This document shows positions 1-9,784 of a stretch of 26,905 nucleotides of DNA, piece after piece. The translations under genes and the position numbers were made by a program. Where the stretch lies: positions 1 to 26,905 of IMG/VR virus record IMGVR_UViG_3300022178_003854; one strand, 5' to 3'. Under the pieces are notes generated by a model. That model was given only the letters and a program-made list of their open reading frames with translations. It was not told the DNA's origin and made no database searches. The DNA comes from a virus (lineage: Duplodnaviria; Caudoviricetes). Position 1 is the stretch's first letter, and each line of letters opens with the position of its first letter.

Positions 1-66
1 GCTGCTGCCGCTGTCGCAGATGCTGCCGCCGCCGTAGCACTTGCCGCTGCCGCCGCAGATGTGCCT
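1..66 (-). repeat. Ala-rich heptad repeat (SAAAAAS/ATAAAAS/ATAAAA) in the tail fibre
   Basis: Imperfect 21-nt periodicity of GCN codons, seen directly. Confidence 0.7.
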
Positions 67-752
67 ACCCAGTAGGCAGGAGAGCTTGCCGGAATGTTGC
101 CAGTGTTAGAGTTCTGTAAAGACGTATAGAGAATGCCGTCAGTACCTACCGCATTTTCATTGATTGCGTATGTCTTGGTAGACAGCCAGGCAAAGCTCAG
201 TAGCACCCAGTACGCTGTCGCACTGGACGGATTATTGTTCAGATTGGTGTTCTGGAGGCTCTGGTACTGCTCGCCGTTATAGGTGACTACAGCACCTTCC
301 TGATAGGTTATGCCCGAGTTCCATTCTACTGAGTAAAGTAGCGTCCAGTATCCAGACGTAGAAGTCGGATCGTTGTTCTGGTTACCGGAGGCTAGAGATC
401 GATAGTATTGACCATCGCTACCTAATACTACGGCATCAGCACTGTATATCTTCGTAGCTACCCATCCATCACCAAATACACTAGCTGTCTGACCTACCGG
501 GTCACGGACTAGTATCTGCACATTATTCTTGTCTACTAATATTGACTTAGCTGTGCCGCTGAAGAATATGTTTGGTTGCCTACCTGCCGCAGTTAATATA
601 ACTGGATTGGTGTTAGCTATAGTTTGATTAATATCGCTAAAAGTATCTTTAAGAGTAGTCGTACCCGTCTCATAAAAATATATCTTACCGTTGCTTAACG
701 GATCGCCAGCGTCATCAAAATATTGTGCATTTATTTCATTAAATCTAGCCAT
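1..752 (-). CDS. Tailspike/tail fibre protein, N-terminal part (runs off the left edge): head-binding-like domain, three CBM5/12-like repeats, Ala-rich stalk
   Basis: Not in the ORF track; translated by hand. The ATG at 752 overlaps the TAA of the upstream gene (TAATG) and the frame is open to the edge. MARFNEINAQYFDDAGDPLSNGKIYFYETGTTT...NTNPVILTAAGRQPNIFF resembles P22-type tailspike head-binding domains. Its position after the ejection genes matches P22 gene 9. Confidence 0.8.
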   Translation of the reverse strand, partial: MARFNEINAQYFDDAGDPLSNGKIYFYETGTTTLKDTFSDINQTIANTNPVILTAAGRQPNIFFSGTAKSILVDKNNVQILVRDPVGQTASVFGDGWVATKIYSADAVVLGSDGQYYRSLASGNQNNDPTSTSGYWTLLYSVEWNSGITYQEGAVVTYNGEQYQSLQNTNLNNNPSSATAYWVLLSFAWLSTKTYAINENAVGTDGILYTSLQNSNTGNIPASSPAYWVGTSAAAAASATAAAASATAAA

Positions 753-2875
753 TATTCTTCACCGCTTGTACTGTTCAAAAAGTAATTAGCCACACCTACG
801 GCTAATGCTCTTTCTTTGATGTTGGCTGGAACAGTGTTTGCCCAGTTATTAAATACCTTGCTTTTAATAAAGCTAGCCTCAGCCCTATCTGTGGGTTCCC
901 CTCTTGCAGACCTAACAATAATTCTTTTAAAACTTGGATCACCCATCATTTGACTTGCGGCTTTAAGCGTATCTTCTGGGGCAGAATCCAAAGCCCATTT
1001 TACCCAAGCGCCAGCAATGGGAATTTCTCCAAAAAACTTGCTGATGAATCCGTTGTCATTATTCATCATTTCCATTGCATTAGTTATACCAGTTCTGGGA
1101 GCAGAGGCTGTTGCATCTGCATAAGCCTTTGATATAGACGCTAAGTTATTGAGATACCTTGCGCCGCCAGAAGGAAGATTTCTAAAAAGCAAATCCCTAG
1201 CTCCAGAGTCTCTCTTAATTTTATTCCACCAAGCAGCAAATTGACCGGGAGATAATTCCACGTTCGTTCTGCCTCCACGGGTAAAAATACCACCAAGAGC
1301 AGTTACTACAGCTTCTTGTCTCATACCTTCTGGGACCGCTTCTATAACCTGCTTGAACAATTGACTGTTTCCCTCAGATAACCGATTCATAGCTCTGGTT
1401 AGTTGAGGAACAATATTCCTCTCCATATTCCTGCCAGCAACATTCTTGGCTATCTCTTCAAGACCTTTTCTCTCAGCGACAAGACCTTTTGCTGCTTCCC
1501 AAACCTGAGACATAGATGGGTCAAGGTCTCTAAGAGCCTGATCCTGCGCCTCTGTAAGAGCGTCATACAATCTACCGAGCTGGAATGATGCAGTGTCTCC
1601 CTGAACCATACCTCTAGACGCGCTGCCGTATTGCTCTCCTATTTTTTGCCTTAGCTCATCAAGTCGAAAGTAAGTCATCTGCCCAGCTCTACCAGTTGCT
1701 GACATTGATTTTTGCACTTCTCTAAACAATTGTTGTTCTGGCTGAGATAAGTTTCTTACACCGCCTGCATCTATTGCTTTTGACCTAAGCGCGTCCCTAA
1801 GCGGACGCAAATTAGTTATCCTAGCTCTAGGATCAATCGTTGCGCTAATCTTTGTGTAAAGAGCATCAGACTGTGCCCTCAGACCGTCCATTATATCGCT
1901 CATCTCTTTCTTGATGAGATCATCTACGGCAATTAAGTCCCGGCTCCCTCCAAACTCGTCTATGAAGTTTCCAGCCCTAGCGGCTAATTCGTTTATAAAC
2001 TGCTTCTCCGAATTAGCCATTGCTGAGCCAGGAATCTGAGCCACAGCCTGCTCAACCTGAATGTACTGAGGATTTCCAGAAACGATTCTTGCCGGAGTAA
2101 TTTCTTCTAACCCTAGTTCCTGAACAGCCCTAGCCCTAACAGGATCAGGTTGAACAACATCAACCATACGCTCAGCAGCTTGCGGAGCCCGCCCAGTTGT
2201 TGCCTCTCTTGCTACGCGAGATATTTCAGGAGCTGCTCCCTCCTCGAGCGTTCCGGCTACCTGACCTCTCATTGCAGATTCTTGTCTTCCCGCAGAGACC
2301 ACTCCGGGCAAATCTGAAGCAACGCTAAACATCGGAGCCATAGCTACTTCTCCGACATTAAACTCGCCACCAGCTTTACTTTGGGCTAATTCTATTGCAG
2401 CTTGCGTTGCCGCTTCTAATGCCGCCCTGGTCAACACAGTTCTACCAAAACCAGCAGGAGTTGCCGCAGTAATTGCTGCTATTGTTTGAGGAACATCTCC
2501 TAAGCTTAAACCCGGCTTATTAACAACATAGGTCTGAGGATTCTCAGGGTGATTAATGTAAACACCGCCTCTTGGCCCTGTGCTTACCTGTATTCTAGGA
2601 TCAGCAACCTTTAGTATCTGCGCGAATTCGTTTGGATCAAATGTTAAAGCACTGAGCGCACCCAATCCTGTGCGAGCGACAACTCCACTGTCAGGGAGCA
2701 CCTCGCCCACTCTTGTAGGGTAAAGCTCTCTTGCAGATTCCTGCTCGGGCGTAAGAGGTATATCAGCCACAAGACTTCTTTGAGGCTCGCCTATCTCTCT
2801 TAGAGGTGCAGGAGCACTAGTAAAAACAGGAGCCTGATTTGTATCTGCTATTAATGTCTTCGTTTGAGGAGCCAT
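752..2875 (-). CDS. Ejection (DNA transfer/internal virion) protein, P22 gp16-like position
   Basis: 707 aa with helical composition. Last of the large genes between the gp10 homolog and the tailspike, as in P22-like phages. Synteny-based call. Confidence 0.65.
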   Translation of the reverse strand: MAPQTKTLIADTNQAPVFTSAPAPLREIGEPQRSLVADIPLTPEQESARELYPTRVGEVLPDSGVVARTGLGALSALTFDPNEFAQILKVADPRIQVSTGPRGGVYINHPENPQTYVVNKPGLSLGDVPQTIAAITAATPAGFGRTVLTRAALEAATQAAIELAQSKAGGEFNVGEVAMAPMFSVASDLPGVVSAGRQESAMRGQVAGTLEEGAAPEISRVAREATTGRAPQAAERMVDVVQPDPVRARAVQELGLEEITPARIVSGNPQYIQVEQAVAQIPGSAMANSEKQFINELAARAGNFIDEFGGSRDLIAVDDLIKKEMSDIMDGLRAQSDALYTKISATIDPRARITNLRPLRDALRSKAIDAGGVRNLSQPEQQLFREVQKSMSATGRAGQMTYFRLDELRQKIGEQYGSASRGMVQGDTASFQLGRLYDALTEAQDQALRDLDPSMSQVWEAAKGLVAERKGLEEIAKNVAGRNMERNIVPQLTRAMNRLSEGNSQLFKQVIEAVPEGMRQEAVVTALGGIFTRGGRTNVELSPGQFAAWWNKIKRDSGARDLLFRNLPSGGARYLNNLASISKAYADATASAPRTGITNAMEMMNNDNGFISKFFGEIPIAGAWVKWALDSAPEDTLKAASQMMGDPSFKRIIVRSARGEPTDRAEASFIKSKVFNNWANTVPANIKERALAVGVANYFLNSTSGEE

Positions 2876-2878
2876 AAA

Positions 2879-3967
2879 TCAATCCGTAAATCTTGTTGGG
2901 TAATAATTTCCATCAGCGGCTTTTACTCTAACCCTAGACAAATCAGCATCTGTTATTTGTCCTTCTTGATATGCAGTATTCAAGTCTTCTTCGCTTTCAA
3001 ACTGAATCATATTTGAGGCGGGAGAGCTAACTTCTGTTCTTATATTAGCCAAAGTTTGCATTCTCTTAGACTCTGGATTGAAGTAAGCGCTCATAAATCT
3101 TTGGTTAGCGCCGAAGTCTGTAGCTGTCCTCTGCAAATCTGAGTAAGCATCATATATCGATGGTATGCCAGCCGCAGTCACGCTGTTAGCCACAGCCATA
3201 AGCTGATCAACGTCAAACGTATCTGGATTTGTTGGATCAACAATTCGCATCAACTGTTCTGTATTTACGCCTCTTCCCTGTAATGCAGCAATAACCGCAG
3301 ATATCGGCGTATCCGCTCCAGCAATTTGCCTAGCATCAGCATCCGTAACAACACCCGGTGATATCAGTCGAGCTACGTTCATGATGCCCGCATTGATTGC
3401 TGATCTGCTTTTGGCTCTCATTTCTTTCTCTAAGCCCTTGACCTTGTTGTAAGCGGTCGTTATCTCGTCTACGTTTTGATTAAGTTTTCTAGCACTAGTG
3501 CCTACTTCACGCAGTTGGCTTACAGTTAGTTCGTCTTGCTTGGGCATCTGTATTAAGCCGATCTGATACGCGCTGTTTATTGCAGAATCAAGAGAAGGTA
3601 TAGCTGACATAGGATCATTCATAAGCATCTGAATCATATTTTGAGTAGATTCGCTAGAAGCTCCAATTCTATTCTCTAGCTGAGTCCTGTCTTGCAGTAA
3701 CTCAATTGCCTGACCTACATTTCCAGTTTGTAGTAAACCTCTGATCCTTACAGCATCTTGAGCAGCAGACTTGGCAAGGACTTCTTGCATTTGAAAATCC
3801 TGCATAGCTTTTTGTCTGCCGTATTGCTCTTGCTGCTGCATTTGCTGCAAAAACTGTGGACCTTGACCAGCGTAAGCTGATTGCAAGCCTTGCAATATTG
3901 TGCTTAGTTGTGGACCTTGCTGCTGTGTAGGCATTCTTCCACCTAACAATGATAAGTTGTCAGCCAT
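2879..3967 (-). CDS. Ejection (DNA transfer) protein, gp20-like position
   Basis: 362 aa with a Gln-rich coiled-coil N-terminus, SD AGGT upstream, located in the ejection cluster. Confidence 0.6.
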   Translation of the reverse strand: MADNLSLLGGRMPTQQQGPQLSTILQGLQSAYAGQGPQFLQQMQQQEQYGRQKAMQDFQMQEVLAKSAAQDAVRIRGLLQTGNVGQAIELLQDRTQLENRIGASSESTQNMIQMLMNDPMSAIPSLDSAINSAYQIGLIQMPKQDELTVSQLREVGTSARKLNQNVDEITTAYNKVKGLEKEMRAKSRSAINAGIMNVARLISPGVVTDADARQIAGADTPISAVIAALQGRGVNTEQLMRIVDPTNPDTFDVDQLMAVANSVTAAGIPSIYDAYSDLQRTATDFGANQRFMSAYFNPESKRMQTLANIRTEVSSPASNMIQFESEEDLNTAYQEGQITDADLSRVRVKAADGNYYPTRFTD

Positions 3968-3992
3968 ATCTATACCTAATCGCCTATATTAC

Positions 3993-6053
3993 TTAACTTA
4001 AAGGATTTCTGATTATTCCCATAGAGCTTGGATTACCGCCAAATTGAGTATTACCAGGATATACCGTTGCGCCGGAATGATAACTCATCGTAGGCACATA
4101 CGGTTGAGAATCAAACACAGGAGCCTGCACTTTTTCCTCTTTTGGGAACATCTCGCCAAGTCTCGCTCCTACAACCGCACCACCTAAAGCTCCTGAGATC
4201 GGGCTTTGAGGAACAAATGTAGAGGATTGCGGTACGCCAGCTAATTGAGCACCTATGTTGCTGTTGCCTTGAGCTTGCATTAAAGCCAATTCTGTTTGAG
4301 CTGCTGCATCACCCTGAGCCGCCGCCTGTTGTAATCTGCTAACAAGATCGGTCTGCGCTCCAATCATTTGTGCAGTACCAGCACCCATTCCTTGTTGCAA
4401 ACCACCCATTTGAGATGCGGTCGTTCCAAATTGACGTTGTAGTTGCTCGCCAGCGCGAGTCCTCATGCCTGCTACATTCAAGCCTGTTTGTGCGGCTAAG
4501 TCTGCCGCTCTAGTTCCTATACCTAGCGCAATGTTAGAGCGTCCTGCACCGAGAGATGTTCTTAAATCAGCTTCGCTAACACCTAGCTGCTGCGCTAAGT
4601 TAGCCAACTGCGTACCCTGTTGAGTAGCTGCTTGTAATCCAGAAGTACCGCCAAGCACACCCAAACTAGCAAGCTGTTGAGCTTGACCAGTGGATAAATT
4701 AGCCAGATTCTGACCAGCACCAGAGGCTAGTCCCGCAAGCTGCTGAGAGCCACCTGTGGCGATATTAGCCGCACTGCCTCTAGCACCAAGCCCTTGAGCA
4801 GATAGAGCTTGAAGGTTGGCTATTTGGTTTTGCAAGTCTTGAGAAGCCAGGCCAGTATTGTACCTAGCAAGCTCCTGCATAACCCTGCCGCCTCCTAAGC
4901 CGCCTCTTGCGCCTGCTGTTCTAAGAGCAGCACGTTCGCCCTGCTCTTGCAAGAATCTCATCTGTGGACTTTCTTGATAAGCCTGTTGAAATGCTTCTGG
5001 ACCTAACGCGCCAGACAGTGCTAGTTGCTGTTGTAGCGCCTGACCGCCAGCCTGAGCGTAGGGATCAAACATTGCCTCAGCTCTTCCAAATCCAGATTGA
5101 ATATCTCCTCTGGACTGAGCGAGAGCCTGTTGTATGTCTCCACGGCCTCCAGTGAATCCTGACTCAATGTCAGCCCTAGCGCCTCCCAGTGCTTGCTGGA
5201 GAGCGCCTATGCCAGTTTGAGTTCCCTGCATTATGTCTTGTCTAGCTTGTCCTATACCGCCTCTCAGAGCACCTATGCCGCCCAGTGTGCCTGCAGTCAA
5301 TTCTCTGCCTGCCGAGCCTGCGGTAGCACCCAAAAGCCCTGTGGCCGTTCCTGCACCGCCCAAAGCGGCTTGTTCTGCTGCCGCCAGGCCCACAGGTAAT
5401 TGTGGCTCAGGCGATACAGGCACACTGGGCGGCATAGGCCTTTCAGGATCAACATTAACCGGCGGTTTAGGCCTTTCAGGATCATAAACACGGGGATTGG
5501 TATTTCTTTCTTGGTTCACTCTTGCAAGATTGCTAACAACAAACTCGTTGCTTAGATTGTACTGACTAGCGACTTGTTCTGGTGTCTTAGCACCTGAGTT
5601 AAGGTCTTGAAAAGCCTGCTCTTGTACTATTTGAAGATTAGTATTAACAAAGTCTTCGCTTACTCCGTACTGTTGAGCAATCTCACTTGGCGTTTTATCG
5701 CCACGGGTAAGTTGACCTACAACATTATCTATTTCTTCTTGAGAAAATGCAGGACCGCTAGGATCGATTACTTGATCTAGTGGTCTAGTAGGAGGAACTA
5801 CAGGATTTGAATCTATTTGTTTTTTGATTACTTCCTGTATCGGAGGCGCAGTCGAAATAACTTCGCTGTAAGCCTGCCTTGCGATTACAGGATCAACATT
5901 TAAAACAGTGGAAAGATAATTAAGATCAGCACCAACATCATTTATTAGAGTTGCGATATCTGCAACCGATGCATTAGGAGTAGACTTAATAAAGTCAAGT
6001 ACAATAAATTCAGCTTCTTTACCGCCTTCCGTGTCTTCTATTCTCATACTCAT
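3993..6053 (-). CDS. Ejection/pilot protein with a Gly/Ala/Gln-rich C-terminal region and repeated helical N-terminal modules
   Basis: 686 aa. The segment FDPYAQAGGQAL...SPQMRFLQEQGERAALRTAGARGGLGGG...LASQD is typical of gp7-like DNA transfer proteins. ATGA overlap with the upstream gene. Confidence 0.65.
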   Translation of the reverse strand: MSMRIEDTEGGKEAEFIVLDFIKSTPNASVADIATLINDVGADLNYLSTVLNVDPVIARQAYSEVISTAPPIQEVIKKQIDSNPVVPPTRPLDQVIDPSGPAFSQEEIDNVVGQLTRGDKTPSEIAQQYGVSEDFVNTNLQIVQEQAFQDLNSGAKTPEQVASQYNLSNEFVVSNLARVNQERNTNPRVYDPERPKPPVNVDPERPMPPSVPVSPEPQLPVGLAAAEQAALGGAGTATGLLGATAGSAGRELTAGTLGGIGALRGGIGQARQDIMQGTQTGIGALQQALGGARADIESGFTGGRGDIQQALAQSRGDIQSGFGRAEAMFDPYAQAGGQALQQQLALSGALGPEAFQQAYQESPQMRFLQEQGERAALRTAGARGGLGGGRVMQELARYNTGLASQDLQNQIANLQALSAQGLGARGSAANIATGGSQQLAGLASGAGQNLANLSTGQAQQLASLGVLGGTSGLQAATQQGTQLANLAQQLGVSEADLRTSLGAGRSNIALGIGTRAADLAAQTGLNVAGMRTRAGEQLQRQFGTTASQMGGLQQGMGAGTAQMIGAQTDLVSRLQQAAAQGDAAAQTELALMQAQGNSNIGAQLAGVPQSSTFVPQSPISGALGGAVVGARLGEMFPKEEKVQAPVFDSQPYVPTMSYHSGATVYPGNTQFGGNPSSMGIIRNPLS

Positions 6054-6658
6054 AACGGTATCTGCCCATCGGTTTGGAATTGCATCATTGCTTGTTGCAT
6101 TAGATCAACTGGAGCAGATGCTTGCTGTGTTGGTTGTGTTGGTTGAGCTTGTGTTACAGGAGTAAACTGCATCTGCTGCGGATTTATTATGGAATCAAGA
6201 GTGCTGTAATCTATTTGACCGCCTACTCGTGCCGCTTCGGGCCGATAATCTAGCGATCCTCTGCCAAGTATTGCCGATTGCATAAAAGGCTGGGCCTCTG
6301 CTATTCGTTGTTGGGCCATATAGTTGCCTTCTCGGAATTGTTCAAGCTGCGGTCTAAACATCGAGCCAGTAAGGTTAAGAGCTTGATTTACAGCATTTTG
6401 ACGTATGTCTTGCGACCTTTGATATGCAGGAGCCAACGGAGCTAGAGATTTCTGACCAAACTCTCTGATCAATGCCATTTGCTCCGCTCGCTGTTGAGCA
6501 GATTGCTCCGCTGCTTTCGCGCCCATTTTATTAGCATCTCTTTGGCCCTTATAACCAAGAGCAGTGCTACCTATAGCAGCCAAACCCTTAGCGCCTCCAA
6601 GAGCACCAGCTATGCCCTTTCCTGCCGCAATTAATGGTGCTAAAAATGGTATTGCCAT
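6050..6658 (-). CDS. Small ejection/pilot protein (gp7-like N-terminus)
   Basis: 202 aa with a hydrophobic Gly/Ala N-terminus followed by AAEQSAQQ...Q coiled coil. Strong SD AGGAG. Confidence 0.6.
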   Translation of the reverse strand: MAIPFLAPLIAAGKGIAGALGGAKGLAAIGSTALGYKGQRDANKMGAKAAEQSAQQRAEQMALIREFGQKSLAPLAPAYQRSQDIRQNAVNQALNLTGSMFRPQLEQFREGNYMAQQRIAEAQPFMQSAILGRGSLDYRPEAARVGGQIDYSTLDSIINPQQMQFTPVTQAQPTQPTQQASAPVDLMQQAMMQFQTDGQIPL

Positions 6659-6667
6659 AATATTCTC

Positions 6668-6919
6668 CTAAACCGCTATCCAGCCCTTGCTTCGGTCACC
6701 ACCGATCTCAGGCTGCATTTTTCTGTATTGGATTGATCCCGCACTTCCTGTAGTGTCGAGATATAAACTAAACTGTACCGCCTCTACAACTCCTTCTGGA
6801 CTGCCTACACCCGTTATAGGTATAGATAACGCCGCTTCCTGCGTAAACTGTCTGAATGGCTGCTCCATCGTGCCATTAGCATCAACTATCGGCTGGGCCG
6901 CGTTTAACTTATAGCTCAT
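6668..6919 (-). CDS. Small virion protein following the gp10 homolog (gp26/tail plug position)
   Basis: 83 aa, ATGA-coupled to the gp10-like gene. PIVDANG and GSPEGVV...GW motifs are common in small podovirus tail proteins. Confidence 0.6.
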   Translation of the reverse strand: MSYKLNAAQPIVDANGTMEQPFRQFTQEAALSIPITGVGSPEGVVEAVQFSLYLDTTGSAGSIQYRKMQPEIGGDRSKGWIAV

Positions 6920-8337
6920 TGCATTGCCACAATGTCAGCAGTCATCTGTATAAATACAGGCTTTACCGGGTCACTAATTGTAAATCTAAAAAGCTCAAAC
7001 CTTGAAGCCCTACCATTACGGTTCCAGATAACTCTGCGGTTATACTCGCCCACTTTACCAATGCTGCGGTATCTAGCATCTGACCATATTTTACCATCTA
7101 CAGACCGCTCTAATCCCACTTTCGGGTTCACAGCAGAGGAATTACCTACACCGCTCTCTACCGTAAGCTCTAACTCTGGGAGTACAAAAGAATCCATATT
7201 GTTTTGAAACGGCTGAGTTACGATAGTTCTGCGAATCTCGGTGTCGTATTCTGTGTACACGTTCTGGGCTAGCAGGCCAATCCTTCCATCTACCAGATCA
7301 CCTGCCCATAATTGATTATACGCCCTAACCAGTGCGTTTACCCGATATGCACCTAATGAGCCATCCACAAATGATTTACGCTCATGCCATCGCTTGCTTA
7401 TTGTGTCGTACACTAACGTAGTACCAGGTAAAGCAAATCCAACAAAGTATGCGCCTTTTTCTGCGTAGGCCCATGAATATATATCTAGTATCTGGGCTTC
7501 AGTTAAAGCACTTAACTCTTTATCTATTGCAGTGGTAGATATCTTGGCTACGTTGTTGCCGTTTAGCGCCCAGATCGCAGGTGACTCATTAGTACCCGCG
7601 CCTACAAACACAAACGTATCTTGAATAGACTGAATGCTGAACGGGCTAGATATCCCTTTGCTGAGGAACAACCCAGTACGCTGGAACGGAAAGTCAGCGC
7701 CGCCAATGTTTTGAAATGCTTCTATCGTCTGCGAACCGCCGATAAATAGCTGGTTCTTAAATACTATAGGAGCAACGATCTCATCTGGGTCCGACTCTGC
7801 AGTACCGAAGTCTAGCGCGTTATACGACAAACCATCATTCAGTGCGCTGACAATAAATTTCTTTGTGTCAGTAGTGAGGCAGAAAAACCCGTCAATAAAC
7901 ACAACCTGTTGAGGATTGCCGTTAGCCGTAAAATCAGCGTCTGTAATCTGAGCAAAAGTATCAGCAACGTGGTTGTAAATATACCCATTGCCTCCAGGAA
8001 CCAACAGCAACAACTGAGTTCCATTGTCAGCCATCGATACTCTGCCTGATCCTGCTATTTGACCGTGATCTGTCAAAGCATAACTTGATGACATACTGTA
8101 TAACTTGCTACCAATCACAAAGTAAGGCACACCGTTCATTTCATGTGCGCCACGGCAGTTACTGATGTCACTTGCGCTAGCTACTTGTGTAAGACCGGGC
8201 GTACCAAACAGAGTCTCCTGATTTAACGCAGGAGCCTGAGCTATATTCGGATAGAAGTTAGTGCATTCCTGCGCCGATATCGGCAGAGAATCGCTCTCAT
8301 AATATCCGTTAGCTATTGGCAGGATAACCTTCGGCAT
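6916..8337 (-). CDS. Packaged-DNA stabilization / tail hub protein (P22 gp10-like)
   Basis: 473 aa, the same size class as P22 gp10. Motifs include GRVSMADNG, DGFF, TAESDPD, TLVYD...WHER and GEYNRRVIW. Confidence 0.9.
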   Translation of the reverse strand: MPKVILPIANGYYESDSLPISAQECTNFYPNIAQAPALNQETLFGTPGLTQVASASDISNCRGAHEMNGVPYFVIGSKLYSMSSSYALTDHGQIAGSGRVSMADNGTQLLLLVPGGNGYIYNHVADTFAQITDADFTANGNPQQVVFIDGFFCLTTDTKKFIVSALNDGLSYNALDFGTAESDPDEIVAPIVFKNQLFIGGSQTIEAFQNIGGADFPFQRTGLFLSKGISSPFSIQSIQDTFVFVGAGTNESPAIWALNGNNVAKISTTAIDKELSALTEAQILDIYSWAYAEKGAYFVGFALPGTTLVYDTISKRWHERKSFVDGSLGAYRVNALVRAYNQLWAGDLVDGRIGLLAQNVYTEYDTEIRRTIVTQPFQNNMDSFVLPELELTVESGVGNSSAVNPKVGLERSVDGKIWSDARYRSIGKVGEYNRRVIWNRNGRASRFELFRFTISDPVKPVFIQMTADIVAMQ

Positions 8338-9182
8338 TAGTTCACAATACCCACAATTGCATCAATCAGAACAACATTATCTGTGCTCGTGTCGTTACCA
8401 ATATAAAGCTCAATAAAATCATTTTGAAACAAGGAAACATTGAAAAACGTAGAAGCATTAGCAGACTCAGCAGCATCTACTTTTCTGGTAATTTTACTGC
8501 CAGCCTCAACAGTGCCATTTTTAGCAATCTGTATAAATATTTCTTGATTGTTTGAAGCAACCGGGCTGAATGTGGCGCTAACATGAATAGCAGCGACTCT
8601 TTCAGATGTTCCGTTGTAAACTATCTTTCCTGTTGTATCTCCAGTAAACCCAGACTGTACACCAACAACAAAAGTTGCTGCCGCCTTTACAGGAGTGCCA
8701 GCCGTGGATATCGTTGTGGCTCCAGTGTTTCCTTGCACAGTAACTTGAGCGTATGGCTGCGCCTCAGCATCTATCGTGACGTAATTGCTTGTTGAGGTTA
8801 CGTTTATTCCGCTTCCTCCAACCAGGCTTGCAATGTCAGGAGTAGCGTCCGTTACATTGAGTAACAGTGGAACGCCAGTAGAGTCAGCAGAGAAGTTATG
8901 TTTTAGCTCTAAACCGTTCTCGGCAGATACACTAGCCAATATGCCAGAGCCGCTCTCTATGTTTCTAATCTTGTTTACAGAACCATCAATATCTAAGACA
9001 GCAATACCAGTAGCAGCTCCCGTCTGAGTTATACTTCCGGTAACACCAAGACCACCAACAAAATTGGTGTAGCTGATCTTATAATTAGTGCCGTTTACAA
9101 AGTAATCCATAAACGCGCCAGCATCTACAGATGTTTTGGCAACAAAATTTGATTTCTTTCTGCCTTGCGATCGATCAACCAT
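8337..9182 (-). CDS. Structural protein with a beta-rich, probably C1q/TNF-like jelly-roll C-terminal domain (possible fibre or decoration protein)
   Basis: 281 aa, Gly/Thr/Ser-rich. C-terminal pattern GKIVYNG...IQIAKNG...NVSLFQNDFIELYI. Translationally coupled on both sides. Confidence 0.6.
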   Translation of the reverse strand: MVDRSQGRKKSNFVAKTSVDAGAFMDYFVNGTNYKISYTNFVGGLGVTGSITQTGAATGIAVLDIDGSVNKIRNIESGSGILASVSAENGLELKHNFSADSTGVPLLLNVTDATPDIASLVGGSGINVTSTSNYVTIDAEAQPYAQVTVQGNTGATTISTAGTPVKAAATFVVGVQSGFTGDTTGKIVYNGTSERVAAIHVSATFSPVASNNQEIFIQIAKNGTVEAGSKITRKVDAAESANASTFFNVSLFQNDFIELYIGNDTSTDNVVLIDAIVGIVN

Positions 9183-9657
9183 TTGTATTTTGCTCCAGGC
9201 CTATTGCCCCAGTAGATTCTGCTAGTATTTCTGCCTCAGCGTCTGGATAAAAGTGACTAGAAAAGCCATACAAGTTATCTTCATTTCCCGAACCAATAGG
9301 TAGGGTAGATGGCATTTTGCTAACGCCCATACTTTGCCCTATTAATCGCATTGTATTAAAACCGTCTCTTGCTGCTTTTACCAAGCCTTGCGAGATAATG
9401 CCGTTGTAGTCAGGAGCAACTTCAATAGCCATATTAGCTATCAAGCCTCGCAGTGCGCCTGTAGGGATAGTTACATCATCGCCTAAGTCAGATACCTCTG
9501 TGTATCCTAGCTGTATCCCTGAAGCGTCCAAATCATTCATATAGTTATTCATAGCAAATATGAAGTCACTATACTCATCAGGCTGCAACGGGGCTTCGCT
9601 AGCCTGGACTAATATTCTTTGTAAAGATGCCTTTGCAACTTGAGCAACAGTAGCCAT
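9175..9657 (-). CDS. Tail adaptor / head completion protein (P22 gp4-like)
   Basis: 160 aa with GIQLGY, NMAIEVAPDY and MPSTLPIGSGN motifs characteristic of P22 gp4. Confidence 0.9.
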   Translation of the reverse strand: MATVAQVAKASLQRILVQASEAPLQPDEYSDFIFAMNNYMNDLDASGIQLGYTEVSDLGDDVTIPTGALRGLIANMAIEVAPDYNGIISQGLVKAARDGFNTMRLIGQSMGVSKMPSTLPIGSGNEDNLYGFSSHFYPDAEAEILAESTGAIGLEQNTNG

Positions 9658-9776
9658 TATTCGTACATAGCTCCCTTTGCTTTGAATTTGCCTTTGGGCT
9701 TTTTCTTAGCAGCTTTGGCAGCATCGCTCTTGCCTTTTTTTGTGTAGGGATATTTCTTTCCGTCAACCATTGGCAT
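9657..9776 (-). CDS. 39-aa Lys-rich protein ending KGAMYE
   Basis: Hand-translated as MPMVDGKKYPYTKKGKSDAAKAAKKKPKGKFKAKGAMYE. SD GAGGTG upstream; TAATG overlap with the gp4-like gene. Confidence 0.8.
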   Translation of the reverse strand: MPMVDGKKYPYTKKGKSDAAKAAKKKPKGKFKAKGAMYE

Positions 9777-9784
9777 AATTCACC

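Noticed and set aside
69-464. DGR template/variable repeats in the tail fibre
   Set aside because: The repeats are diverged at protein level without adenine-specific differences, and there is no reverse transcriptase in the window.
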